From assembly GCA_951406725.2 (NCBI GenBank), contig OX597823.1, positions 3,782,001 to 3,846,000 on the forward strand: DNA of 64,000 nucleotides, in the 5' to 3' direction. Origin of the DNA: Octopus vulgaris. Taxonomy: Eukaryota. A program made the translations under genes and the position numbers. The notes beneath the pieces are model-generated. The model did no database searches, had not been told where the DNA came from, and saw nothing but the letters and a program-made list of their open reading frames with translations. Within the stretch, counting starts at the first letter, position 1. The number at the start of each line of letters is the position of its first letter. This document shows positions 13,421-26,680 of the stretch, in pieces.

Positions 13421-13665
13421 AAAACTTAGATAAAACTTAGATATGTTTCGACCAGAGATTGGTCCAGGCCATGTCTAACTTAATAGCACCACCTGATAGG
13501 ATTATTCGAATCCTGTTTAAGTCAAGTTTTGTTCAAGTAGTGAGTTCTTGTTGGGTGAGTTGTATCCAATTATGGGTGGCTTATCTGGTATTCTTTGAAG
13601 GAATCTATCCAGACTCTTTGAAGTTGATGGGATCCTTTTCCTCTTTGATCTCCCTCGGGACAATG
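13421..13665 (-). mobile_element. 3'-terminal fragment of a CR1/L2-group LINE
   Basis: Translation KSLDRFLQRIPDKPPIIGY...NSLLE resembles the ORF2 C-terminus; 3' UTR stem-loop and short tandem tail AAAACTTAGAT x2. Confidence 0.65.
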
Positions 13666-13806
13666 TTATATATATATATATATATATTTGTATACATGTA
13701 TGTCTAGATGTATATATATATAGATATACATGTAATGCGTACACATATATACATGCATACATATATACACCCATACATACCCTCCCCCCACACACACACA
13801 TACATA

Positions 13807-14110
13807 GGTGCAGGTGTGGCTGTGTGGTAACAAACTTGGCTCCAAAACACATGGTCCTCAGTTCAGTCCCACTGTGTGGTAACTTGGCATGTGTCTACTG
13901 CTATAGTCTCAGACCAACCAAAGCCTTGTCAGTGGATTTTGTAGACAGAAACTGAAAGAAATCAATTGCATGTATATGTATGTATATATGTAAGTGTGTG
14001 TCTTTGTGTTTCTCCCTCATGACAGCTTCACAACTGGTGTTCGTTTATTTACATCCCCATAACTTACTGGTTTCACAATAAGAAACTGATAGAATAAGTA
14101 CCAGGCTTAT
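13807..14110 (+). mobile_element. SINE family A, diverged
   Basis: GGTGCAGGTGTGGCTGTGTGG head through GATAGAATAAGTACCAGGC. Confidence 0.85.
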
Positions 14111-14321
14111 CAAAATATAAAAATGCACTACGCAGTGTCTCATATTTTTGTTTGCCCACTCAGTTGTATCTATAAATTTATCTTTGTGTGTGTGTATGTG
14201 TGTGTGTGCGTGTGTATACATACATACATACATATATATATATATATGGATTTCGTAGACAGGAACTGAAACAAATCAATCGTATATATATATATGTATG
14301 TATATATGTAAGTGTATGTGT

Positions 14322-16932
14322 TTTGGTATTGGCAACATGAATGATAATGGTCAGAGACTACTTGAATTTTGCACATACCATAACTTGTGCATCACCAACA
14401 CATTCTTTGCCAACAAGACATCCCACAAGGAATCTTGGAGACATCCAAGATCTCACTACTGGCATCAGCTGGATCTCATCATTACACGAAGATCCTTTCT
14501 GAATTCTGTTCAACTGACCCGTAGTTACCACAGCGCGGATTGTAACACAGATCATTCACTAGTAAGAGGATTCTGCTTAAAAAAGTCCATCACTCCACAA
14601 AAATGGGCCGACCACGCATTAACACTGCCAGAACCTCGGACCCTACATATGTTTTGCTGTTTCTAGCAGGGTTGCCCTCAGTAGCTGCCCAACCTCATCT
14701 GCTGAAAGTTGGTGGAATTATATCAAGGAAGCTTTGTATACCACATCAATAGTTACTTTCGGCATGAGAGAAAGGCAAAAACCCAGATTGGTTCAGTGCT
14801 GGGCTCTCAGAGCTGGAACCAGTTATCGAAGCAAAGCGTGCAGCTCTGATGATTCTTCTACAAATGATTCTTCTACAAAGTCACTCGAAGAACTAAGAAA
14901 GGCAAGAAATAAAACCCAACTGACTGCCAGACGCTGTGCAAATAGGTATTGGATGTATTGGATGTGGGATGTATGCCGGTTTGAAGGAGGCCCTCGGTCC
15001 ATCCGCAACCAAGTCAGCCCCTCTGAAATCAACTACTGGAGATCTCGTCAAGGACCAAAGCAAGCAAATAGATAGATGGGTGGAGTACTACCAGGATCTC
15101 TACTCACGGGAGACCACAGTAGCTGAGGCTGCAATCGAGGGTGTCAAGATCTTGCCAGTCATGTGCGAACTTGACAGTCTGCCATCTATAGCAGAGCTCA
15201 CCAAGGCAATTGACTCCCTAGCAAGTAACAAGGCTCCGGGAAAAGACGGCATCCCCTTAGAGATCATCAAAACCGGCAAAAACACCATCCTGCTTCGGCA
15301 CGTTCATGAGCTTCTGTTTCCCTCAGGATATGCGGAATGCTAACATCATTACGCTTTACAAAAACGAAGGTGACCGTGGTGATTGTAACAATTAGCGTGG
15401 AATATCTCTTCTAAGCACTGTTGGAAAGACCTTTGCTCGCGTTATCCTGTCCAGGCTACAACTGCTTGCTTCTCGAATTTATCCAGAATCGCAGTGTGGC
15501 TTTAGAAGAAGCAGATCAACTATTGACATGATATTCTCAATATGCCAACTTCAGGAGAAGTCCAGAGAGCAGAAAATGCCATTATATATGCCTTCATTGA
15601 TCGGACAAAGGCTTTTTCATCCTGCTCTAAAAAATCGGATGTCCACCAAAGCTGCTGAGGATCATCAAATCTTTCCATGATGATATGTAAGGCACCATAC
15701 AGCACAATGGTTCAACATCAGCCGCCTTCCAAATAAAAAACGGGGTAAAGCAAGGTTGTGTCCTTGCTCCTACATTATTTGGCATCTTCTTGCTGCTGCT
15801 GTCACATGCCTTTGAGATGATGGAGTGTTTCTGCACAGTAGAAGTGACGGGAAACTGTTCAATCTCTCGCGTCTGCGTGCCAAGACCAAAATAAGAAGCG
15901 TCCTGATCAAGGAGATGCTATTTGCTGATGATGCCGCTCTGGTATCACACACAGAAGAAGCCCTACAAAGGCTCATCAACTGTTTTGAGCAAGCATATAG
16001 CGACTTTGGCTTAGTTATCAGCCTCAAGAAGACCAACATCATGGGTCGGGCTACATCAGACATCCCAAACATACATATTGGAGACTACAGACTACAGGAG
16101 GTGGAGAAGTTTACCTATCTTGGCTCTACCGTCACCTACAACCTATCCCTTGATGCTGGGCTCAATATACGCATTGGCAAGGCAGCTGCTGTGATGGCCC
16201 AACTCTCCAAATGGGCATGGGACAACAATAAGCTGAACAAAACCACAAAAATGAAGATTTACCAGGCATGTGTACTTAGCACTCTACTGTATGGAAGTGA
16301 GACTTGGACGCCATACACACGCCAAGAGCGTCGCCTAAATATCTTTCACCTGCGCTGCCTCCGGAAAATCCTTCGCATCAAATGGCAGAATCATGTCCCC
16401 AACAAAGATGTCCTCAAGCAAGCAGGAATACCAAGCATGTTTGCACTCCTCACACAAAGTCGTATGAGATGGCTTGGACATGTTAGCCATATGGAAGATG
16501 GTAGAATCCCAAAGGGCATACTCTACGGAGAGCTTGCTAAGGGCACTAGGTCTGTGGGAAGACTGTTCTAACGATACAAGGATGTTTTCAAAAGGGACAT
16601 GAATGCCTGCAACATCAATATTACCAACTGGGAAGCAGTTGCCAGCAACCTTGGAGATTGGCGACGTACCGTAAAAGAGGGAACACAAAGGAGTGACATA
16701 GAGAGAGAAGAGAAATGGAAAGACAAGAAAAGACGTCAACAAGAAAGTATGACATTACAACCAGCCAGGCAAAGTCTTCGCTACATTTGCGGCACCTGCC
16801 AGAGGGAGGGTTTGTCCAGAATAGGACTACACAGCCACATCAGGTGTATTAGGACATGAAATATAAAAGCCGGACTAGATTATTTTATGCGCAACTCCAT
16901 TGTCTCCCGAGACAAAAAGGATGCTAACAACA
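14322..16932 (+). mobile_element. RTE-clade LINE, 5'-truncated and disrupted (APE endonuclease + reverse transcriptase)
   Basis: NDNGQRLLEFC...NTFF...WHQLDLII...TDHSLV (APE); KAPGKDGIP, GVKQGCVLAP, LFADD, FTYLGS, LLYGSETW, RWLGHV..MEDGRIPK; CxxC/HxxxC-like end; short CAA tail; frameshifts and stops. Confidence 0.95.
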
Positions 16933-16973
16933 ATATATATGGATTTCAAAGACAGGAACTGAAACAAATCAAT

Positions 16974-17122
16974 CGGTTCGAGACACGAGAACGATAAAAT
17001 GACCTAGCAGTTCGCCAAATGAGATTGATAAAATGACTTAGCGATTCGGCAAAAATGATCGATAAAATGAATTCGAGGTTCGACAAACGAGATCGATAAA
17101 ATGACCTAGCGGTTCGCAGAAC
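16974..17122. repeat. Detached ~4-monomer piece of the 34-bp satellite
   Basis: Near-identical to 19079-19228, including the distinctive GAGACAC(G/A)AGAACGAT monomer. Confidence 0.9.
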
Positions 17123-17244
17123 ATGTATGTATATATGTATGTATATATGTAAGTATATGTATGTATATATGTAAGTATATGTGTGTGTTTTTGTCTCTGT
17201 GTTTCACCCTCATCTCTGCTTCACAATGGCAGTTCATATATTTA

Positions 17245-20200
17245 CAATGACTTGACGGTTCGCCAAACGTGATCGATAAAATGACCTAGCAGTTCGACAA
17301 ACGACATCGATGAAAAGACTTAGCGGTTCGCTAAACGACATCGATAAAATGACCTAGCGGTTCGACAAACATGATCGATAAAATGACATAGCAGTTCGAC
17401 AAACATGTTCGATAAAATGACTTAGGGTTTCACCAAACTAATCGATAAAATGACGTAGCGGCTCGCCAAACTAGATCGATAAAATTACTTAGCGGTTCGA
17501 AAAACATGATCGATAAAATGACGTAGCGGTTCGCCCAACGTGTTCGATAAAATGACTTAGCGGTTCGACAAACATGATCGATAAAATGACTTAGCGGTTC
17601 GACAAACGTTTCGATAAAATCATTAGCGGTTCAACAAACGACATCGATGAAATGACTTAGCGGTTCGACAAATATGATCGATAAAATGACATAGCAGGTC
17701 GACAAACATGACGATAAAATGACTTAGGGTTTCACCAAACTACATCGATAAAATGAAGTAGCGGCTCGCCAAACTAGATCGATAAAATTACTTAGCGGTT
17801 CGAAAAACATGATCGATAAAATGACGTAGCGGTTCGCCCAACGTGTTCGATAAAATGACTTAGCGGTTCAACAAACGAAATCGATAAAATGACTTAGCGG
17901 TTCGCCAAACGTTTCGATAAAATCACTTAGCGGATTGCCAAACGTGACAAAATGACTTAGCGGTGCGACAAACGTAATCGATAAAATGACCTAGCGGTTC
18001 TCCAAACAGGATCGATAAAATGATGTAGCGGTTCGCCCAACGTGATCGATGAAATGACTTAGCGGTTCGCCAAATGAGATTGATAAAATAACCTAGTGTT
18101 TCGCCAAACATGATCGACAAAATGACTCAGTGGTTCGCCAAACTAGATCGATAAAATGACCAAGCGGTTCGCTGAACAAGATCGATAAAATAACCTAGTG
18201 TTTCGCCAAACATGATAGATAAAATGACTGTGATTCGCCAAACTAGATCGATAAAATGACGTAGCGGTTCGCCAAACAAGATCGAGAAAATGAGTCAGAG
18301 GTTCGCCAAACATGATCGATAAAATAACACAGCGGGTTGACAAATGAGATCGATAAAATGACTTAGCGGTTCGTCAAAAAGAATCGATGAAATGACTTAG
18401 CGGTTCCCCAAATATGAATGATAAAATGACTTAGCGGTTCGCTAAAGTAGGTCGACAAAATGACTTAGTGGTTCCCCAAAACTGATCAATAAAATGAATT
18501 AGCGGTTCGCCAAATGAAATCGATAAATTGACTAGCGCTTCGATAAACGAGAACGATAAAATAACTAGCGGTTCACCAAACTAAGTCGATAAAATGACGC
18601 AGCGGTTCGCCTAACGTGATACATAAAATCAAATAGCGTTTCGTCAAACAAGATTGATGAAATGACTTAGCGGTTCGCTATATGAAATTGATAAACTGAC
18701 TTAGCGGTTCGGCAAACGAAATCGATAAAAAGAATTAGAGGTTGGAGAAACATGATCGATAAAATGACTTAGCGGGTCCACAAACATATTCGATAAAATG
18801 ACAGAGGATTTCACCAAACTAGATCGAAAAAATGACTTAGCGGCTCGCCAAACGAGATCGATAAAATGACTTAACGGTTCGACAAATTGGATTGATAAAA
18901 TGAACTAGCGATTCGGCAAAAGTGATCGATAAAATGACCTAGTGTTTCGCCAAACATGATCAATAAAATGACTCAGTGTTTCGCCAAACGAAATCGACAA
19001 AATGAATTAGCGGTTCGCCAAACGTAATCGACAAAATGACTTAGCGGTTCGACAAATAAGATCGATGAAAGGAACTAGCGGTTCGAGACACAAGAACGAT
19101 AAAATGACCTAGCAGTTCGCCAAATGAGATTGATAAAATGACTTAGCGATTCGGCAAAAATGATCGATAAAATGAATTCTAGGTTCGACAAACGAGATCG
19201 ATAAAATGACATTGCGGTTCGCAGACATGATCGATCAAATGAGCTAGTGTTTCGCCAAACATGATAGATAAAATGAATTAGGGTTTCACCAAACAGGTTC
19301 GATAAAATGACTTAGCGGTTCGACAAAGGTTTTCGATAACACGACTTAGCGGTTCGCCAAACGATATCGATAAAATGACTTAGCGGTTCGCCAAACGACA
19401 TCGATAAAATGACTTAGCGGTTCGATAAACGTTTTCGATAAAATGACAGGGGTTCGACAAACGTTATCGATAAAATGACACAGTGGTTCTCCAAACGTGG
19501 TCGATAAAATGACGTAGCGGTTCGCTCAACGTGATAGATAACATGATTTGCGGTCGACAAACGACATCGATGAAATGACTTAGTGGTTTAAGAAATATGA
19601 TCGATAAAATGGCTTAGGATTTCACCAAACTAGATCGATAAAATGACTTACCTGTCCGACAAACGTTATCGATAAACTGACTTAGCGGGTCGCCAAACTT
19701 GATCGATAAAATGACTAGCGGTTCGACAAACGTTATCGATATCACGACTTAGCGGTTCGCCAAACGACATCGATAAAATGACTTAACGGATCGCCAAACG
19801 ATATCGATAAAATGACTTAGCGGTTCAACAAACAGGTTCGATAAAATGACTTAGAGGTTCGACAAACGTTATCGATATGACTTAGCAGTTCTCCAAACGT
19901 ATTCGATAAAATGACGTAGCGGTTCGCCCAACGTGATATATGATTTGCGGTCGACAAACGACATCGATGAAATGACTTAACGGTTCGAGAAACATGATCG
20001 ATAAAATGACTTAGGATTTCACCAAACTCCATCGATAAAATGACTTAGCGGTTCGACAAACGACATCGATAAAATGACTTAGCGGTTCGGCAAACATGAT
20101 CGATTAAATGGCTCAGGATTTCACCAAACTAGATCGATAAAATGACTTACCTGTTCGACAAACGTTATCGATAAAATGACATAGCGGTTCGCCAAACAAG

Positions 20201-23200
20201 TTCGAATGACTTAGCGGTTCGACAATCGTTATCGATAAAATGACGTAGCGGTTCTCCAAACAACATCGATAAAATGACTTAGCGGTTCTCCAAAGGAGAT
20301 CGATGAAAAGGCTTAGCGATTCGACAAACGAGATCGATGAAATGACCTGGCGGTCCGAGAAACGACATCGATAAAATGACAGGATTTCACCAAACTAGAT
20401 CGATGAAAGGGCCTAGCGGTTCAAGAAACGACATCGATAAAATGACATAGCGGTTCGACAAACATGATCGATAAAATGACATAGGATTTCACCAAACTAG
20501 ATCGGTAAAATGAACTAGCGGATCGACAAATGTGATCGATAAAATGACTTAGATGGTCGACAAACATGATCGATAAAATGACTAAGCGTTTCGACAAAAT
20601 TACTTAGCGGTTAGCCAAACGATATCGATAAAATTTCCTAGCGCATCGCCAAACATGATCGGTAAAATTACTTAGCGTTTCCCAAAACAAGATCCATAAA
20701 ATGACTTAGCTGTTCGGCAAAGAACAACGATAAAATAATTTAGCGGGTCCACAAACATAATCGATAAAATGACTGAGGGTTTAACCAAACTAGATCGATA
20801 AAATGACTTGGCGGTTCGCCAAACGACTTCGATAAAATCGATAAACTGACCTAGCAGTTCGACAAAAGTGATCGACTAAATGACATAGCAGTTCGACAAA
20901 CGTGATCGATAAAATGACTCAGCGGTTCGACAAACGTTATCCATAAAATGACTTAGCGGTTCTCCAAACAGGTTCGATAAAATGACGTAGCGGTTCGCCC
21001 AATGTGATCGATAAATGACTTAGCAGTTCGACAAACGTAATCGATAAAATAACTTGGCAGTTCTCCAAACAGGATCGATAAAATGACTTAGCGGTTCGAC
21101 AAACGTTATCCATAAAATGACTTAGCGGTTCTCCAAACAGGTTCGATAAAATGACGTAGCGGTTCGCCCAACGTGATCGATAAAATGACTTAGCGGTTCA
21201 ACAAACGTTATCGATAAAATGAAATTGGGGTTCACCAAACGTAATCAATAAAACGACCAAGCAGTTCGACAAACATCGATAAAATGAATTAGCGGTTCGC
21301 CAAACGTGATCGATAAAATGACTTAGCGGTTCGAGAAACGAGATCGATAAAATGACTTAGCGGTCCGACAAACGTTATCGATAAAATGACTTAGCGGTTC
21401 TCCAAACGACACCGATAAAATGAAATTGGGGTTCACCAAACGTAATCAATAAAACGATCAAGCAGTTCGACAAACAACATCGATAAAATGACTTAGCGGT
21501 TCGCCAAACGTGTTCGATAAAATGACCAGAGGTTCGCCAAACGTGATCGATAAAATGACCCGGAGGTTCGCCAAACGTTATCGATAAAATGACGTAGCGG
21601 TTCGCCCAACGTGATCGATAAAATGACGTGGCGGTTCGACAAACTTTATGAAATAAAATGACTTAGCGGTTCGACAAACGTTATCAATAAAATGACTTAG
21701 CGGTTCTCCAAACAGGTTCGATAAAATGACGTAGCGGTTCGACAAACGTTATCGATTAAATAACTTAGCGGTTCTCCAAACGAAATCGATAAAATGACTT
21801 AGCGGCTAGCCAAACGACATCGATAAAATGACGTAGTGGCCCGCCAAACGACATCGATAAAATCAACTAGCGGTTCGACAAACGTTATCGATAAAATGAC
21901 TAAGCGGTTCTCCAAACGTTATCGATAAAATGTCTTAGCGATTCGCCTAACGTGATCGATTAAATAACTTAGCGGTTCTCCAAACGAAATCGATAAAATG
22001 ACTTAGCGGCTAGCCAAACGACATCGATAAAATGACCTAGTGGTTCGCCAAACGACTTCGATAAAATGACTTAGCGGTTCGACAAATGACATCGATAAAA
22101 TGACTTAGCAGTTCTCCAAACGTTATCAATAAAATGTCTTAGCGATTCGCCTAACGTGATCGATAAAATGATCCAGCGGTACGCCAAACGTTATCGATAA
22201 AATGACGAAGCGGTTCGCCCAACGTGATCGATAAAATGACCTAGCGGTTCGACAAACGTTATCAATAAAATGACTTAGCGGTTCAAAAACGTGATGGATA
22301 AAATGACCTTAAGGTTCGATAAAATGACGTATCGGTTTGCCTTACGTAATCGATAAAATGACTTAGCGGTTCGCGAAATATGATTGATAAAATGACCTAG
22401 CGGTTCGACAAACAAAGTCGATAAAATGACTTAACGGTTCGCCCAACATGATCGATAAAATGACCTAGCGGTTCGACAATCGTTATCGCTAAAATGACTT
22501 AGCGGTTCGCCAAACGACATCGATAAAATGAATTAGTGGTTCGACAAACGACATCGATAAAATGACATAGCAGTTCGACAAACATGATCGATAATATGAC
22601 ATGGGGCTTCACCAAACAAGATCGATAAAATGACATAGCGGTTCGAGAAACGTGATCAATAAAATGACCTAGCGGTTCGACAAACAAAATCGATAAAATG
22701 ACTTAACGGTTCGCCCAACATGATCGATAAAATGACTTAGCGGTTCGACAATCGTTATCGTTAAAATGACTTAGCGGTTCGCCAAACGACATCGATAAAA
22801 TGACATAGCAGTTCGACAAACATGATCGATAATATGACATAGGGTTTCACCAAACTAGATCGATAAAATGACATAGCGGTTCGCCAAACAGGATCGATAA
22901 AATGACAGCGGGTCGATAAACATGATCGATAAAATGACGTAGTAGTTCGCCCAACGTGATCGATAAAATGACTTAGCGGTTCGAGTAACGACATCAATAA
23001 AATGACTTAGCGGTTCGCCAAACAAGATTGATAAAATGACTTAGCGATTCGGCAAAAGTGATCGGGAAAATGACTTAGAGGTTCGACAAACGATATCGAT
23101 GAAATGACCTAGTGTTTCGCCAAACATGATCGATAAAATGATGTAGCGGTTCACCAAACAAGATCGATAAAATGACAGCTGTTCGGCAAACGAGATTGAT

Positions 23201-23465
23201 AAAATGTCTTAGCGATTCGCCAAACATGAACTATAAAATGACTTAGCGGTTCGCCAACCGTGATCCATAAAATGACGTAGCGGTTCGCCAAACTAGATCG
23301 ATGAAATGAACTAGCGGTTCGCTAAAGGGGTCGACAAAATGACTTTGCGGTTCACCATAACTGATCGATAAAATGATCTAGCGGTTCGCCAAACGACAAC
23401 TAGCTGTTCGGCAAACGAGATCTATAAAATTATGTAGCGCTTCGACGAGACCGATAAAATGAATT
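17245..23465. repeat. 34-bp-unit tandem satellite, about 180 monomers
   Basis: Consensus about CGATAAAATGAC(T)TAGCGGTTCG(A/C)CAAAC(NNNN)T repeated head-to-tail for ~6.2 kb. Confidence 0.98.
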
Positions 23466-23469
23466 AGAT

Positions 23470-24715
23470 CACTTCTTTCCAAACCGATCGATTGTCTGCC
23501 CTCTCCTCCCAGCCTTCAACATCCACACTAAGAGCCTTAAGGTTGTCTTTTGAGGACATTCCTGAAACCTTCTTGGGTTTACCATGTTGCAACCCCCCCC
23601 CCTTCAATAAAATAACTGTTTCGGTAAACTGCCTTTCTCCATCCTAGTAAGGTACCCAGCTGAAAGGAGCATCTGATTGCGTATGGGGTACATCTCAGGA
23701 CTGAATGCGTTGGCTTAGACTGCTAAAGCAAGTTTGGTGGAATCTTTCCAATGCTTTGATGCGACCAAATGTAGTCAATGACCCAGAAGAGTGAAAAAAA
23801 AAAGACAATTAAGACGCACGATTCATAGAAAGTGAACTTGATCTCGATTGTGGTGTCTCTGTTAAACTACATAAGATTTTCGAACCAACCAAAGTTTTGC
23901 TGGCTTTTTCGATCCTCGGATTTACTTCAGAATCAAGGGATCTATCTCTAGAGAGAGTGTTGCCAAGATAAACGAAAGTGTCAACCACAACCAATCTTGC
24001 ACCATTAAAGAAGATGTTTGGTTCGGCAGAGGGCTGACCCGGAGGCGGAATAAGTCCAAAAGCAGTGCATTCATTATGGCATGTATGTCTTCTTCGATGT
24101 GAGCAATGAGATATTGTCAGTATAAAGGAACTCACGAACAAGGGCCTAGAAAGCGTTCGATGTGTTGTGGCGTGTTGATTCAAAAACCTTAGCTGTGATT
24201 CCGAAGCGAATGTAGACGCCGATGTCACAGTCCTGGAAAGCGTACGAGACAGTTACAATAAAATATATGGAGAAAAAAAAACGGTGGGGGGCAAGAACAT
24301 CACCTTATTTAATAACCCCGTTATCTGTGGAAATTGATTTCAAGAAGTTTAAACAAGCTTTCGTACAGCGACGGAGTAGATTAAACAAGTGGACAATTGA
24401 AGTGGACAACTAAGTTTGCTGGGGATGGTCTGGAGAAGGGTCTTGTTAACAGTGTCGAAGGTTTTTTGTTCGATTGAAAAAGACCGAGTAAAGAACTATG
24501 CGAATGTTCGATGCATTTCTCCCGGAGTTGATGAGCAGAAAAAAAGACATGTTCATTGTACCAGGACCTGATCGAAAACCTCTTTCCGGGAAGACAGAAG
24601 CGTTCATCAACTTTGTTAACCGATCAAGTAAGCGTTTTGCAAAAACTTTACCGACCGCTTCAAGCAGGATTATTCCTATGTAATTTCCACACACAGATTT
24701 AGATCCCTTTTCTAT
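23470..24715 (-). mobile_element. Highly degenerate RTE LINE RT fragment
   Basis: KGSKSVCGNYIGIILL..VGKVFA...GFR (24446-24751) and FVYLGNTLS...EVNPRIEKAS (23809-24228). Confidence 0.85.
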
Positions 24716-24750
24716 ATTAATACAAGTATTAATTAACATGTATGCATGCA

Positions 24751-24819
<69 letters not shown>

Positions 24820-25754
24820 ATTTCTTTATTGCCCGTGCGCGCGCGCGTATGTGTGTGTGCGTGTACGAGCGCGTGCGTGCGTGTATATGCGTGTGTGTGT
24901 GTGCGTGCGTGTAAAATTAAGACTCATTCGTCAAGTCCAAATAGTTTAAAATTCTTCCATACTGCCATTATGACATCATAATAATCTTTTAACGCTTCTT
25001 CCGGAGCCGTCGTTTCTCTTTCAACCTTACGCGGTGACTAAAGGCTCGAGAATGCATGCACCAGGGAGATCGCCCAAACATAGGGATATTTTAAGCACCT
25101 TTGAGTTCTTAAACGCCCTCTATAATATGCTGTTTAGTACCATAACAAGGTGTCCCGTGATCTTTTTGTACCCGTATGAACTTTTAGCCAAGCAATTTCA
25201 GGACAGAAAACCTGGGGGTTCCAACGAGGAAATACAGACTTCACTATCGATATATTCACAGAATATTTTATTGTAAACAACTGCGTGACTGTTAAGAGTA
25301 TGTGACATTAAACAGCAATAAAAATAAAGGTTACTCAACATATATTCATACATGTATGTCAAGAGAGTATGATTATTCACTTGGTAAGTATTTTAATAAA
25401 GCACAAGTTAGTCGTTATTAAGACGTTTGATAATATTTTCAAGATAAATCTATAATAAACGAAAATAGTTTCTTCATGAGTTGTTTGATAAACTTCACAA
25501 GTCCACATTCATCTTTGAAGAAGTCTTTATGTATCTTACTACGATGTATATAAATGTATGTTTGTATACGTAGTCTTGTCAGTCTCCTACACACACACAC
25601 ACACACACACACATATTCTCTCTCTCTCTCTCTCTCTCACTCTCCTCCTCCTCTATATCTCGATGTTTTTCACTCACACACACATTCCGAATACATATAC
25701 ACGTAGGCACGCATGTACGTAATTATGTATGATTTTGTGTTTATATATATATTT

Positions 25755-25980
25755 CTTTACTACCCACAAGGGGCTAAACACAGAGGGGACAAACAAGGAC
25801 AGACAAAGGGATTAAGTTGATTACATCGACCCCAGTGCGCAACTGGTACTTAATTTATCGACCCCGAAAGGATGAAAGGCAAAGTCGACCTCGGCGGAAT
25901 TTGAACTCAGAACGCAACGACAAACGAAATACGGCTACGAATTTCGCCTGGCGTGCTAACGTTTCTGCCAGCTCGCCGCC
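25755..25980 (-). mobile_element. SINE family B, well preserved
   Basis: Reverse complement GGCGGCGAGCTGGCAGAAACGTTAGCACG...GAGTTCAAATTCCGCCGAGGTCGACTTTGCCTTTCATCCTTTCGGGGTCGATAAATTAAGTACCAG. Confidence 0.92.
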
Positions 25981-26225
25981 TTTTGTGTTTATATATAAAC
26001 GAGTCGGTACTATTAATATTCCGCGACACCCAGTCGAGCACAATGTTATTGAATATTATTGTTTCTTTCTCTTTCACTTTCTGTCACTAATCGCTTTTCT
26101 CTTTCTTCTGTTGTTGTTACAGTCCCTTAGTCTTTAATCAACTATGACTGGCTGCTAAATTAATGACTAAGTCGCTTGTAATTAAGGTCTTTCACAAAAC
26201 TTAGGGCACAGGCTTAGTCGATATT

Positions 26226-26455
26226 CTTTATTCTTTTATTTGTTTCAGTCATTTGACTGTGGCCATGCTGGAGCACCGCCTTTAGTCGAGCAAATCGACC
26301 CCAGGACTTATTCTTTGTGAGCCTAGTACTTATTCTATCGGTCTCTTTTGCCGAACCGCTAAGTTACGGGGACGTAAACACACCAGCATCGGTTGTCAAG
26401 CGATGTTGGGGGGACAAACACAGACACACAAACATACACACACACATTCAGATAT

Positions 26456-26522
<67 letters not shown>

Positions 26523-26680
26523 CATATTTACGACGAGCTTCTTTCAGTTTCAGTCTACCAAATCCACTCACAAGGCTTTGGTTGGCCCAAGGCTATAGTA
26601 GAAGACACTTGCCCAAGGTGCCACGCAGTGGGACTGAACCCAGGACCATGTGGTTCGTAAGCAAGCTACTTACCACACAG
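26226..26680 (-). mobile_element. SINE family A, head clipped by adjacent Tc1
   Basis: Full 3' part, internal (TA)n and head up to CTTACCACACAG. Confidence 0.92.

Noticed and set aside
13440-13482. Hammerhead-like GACC/GGTC-GAAAC stem on the minus strand
   Set aside because: No CUGANGA core; better explained as a LINE 3' UTR stem-loop.
17923-22997. Short minus-strand ORFs within the satellite
   Set aside because: A 34-bp unit is not a multiple of three; these are chance readings of the repeat.
17245-23465. CRISPR-like appearance of the 34-bp array
   Set aside because: Variable parts are only 1-4 nt and reused, there are no unique spacers or cas genes, the context is eukaryotic and the monomer matches a SINE segment.
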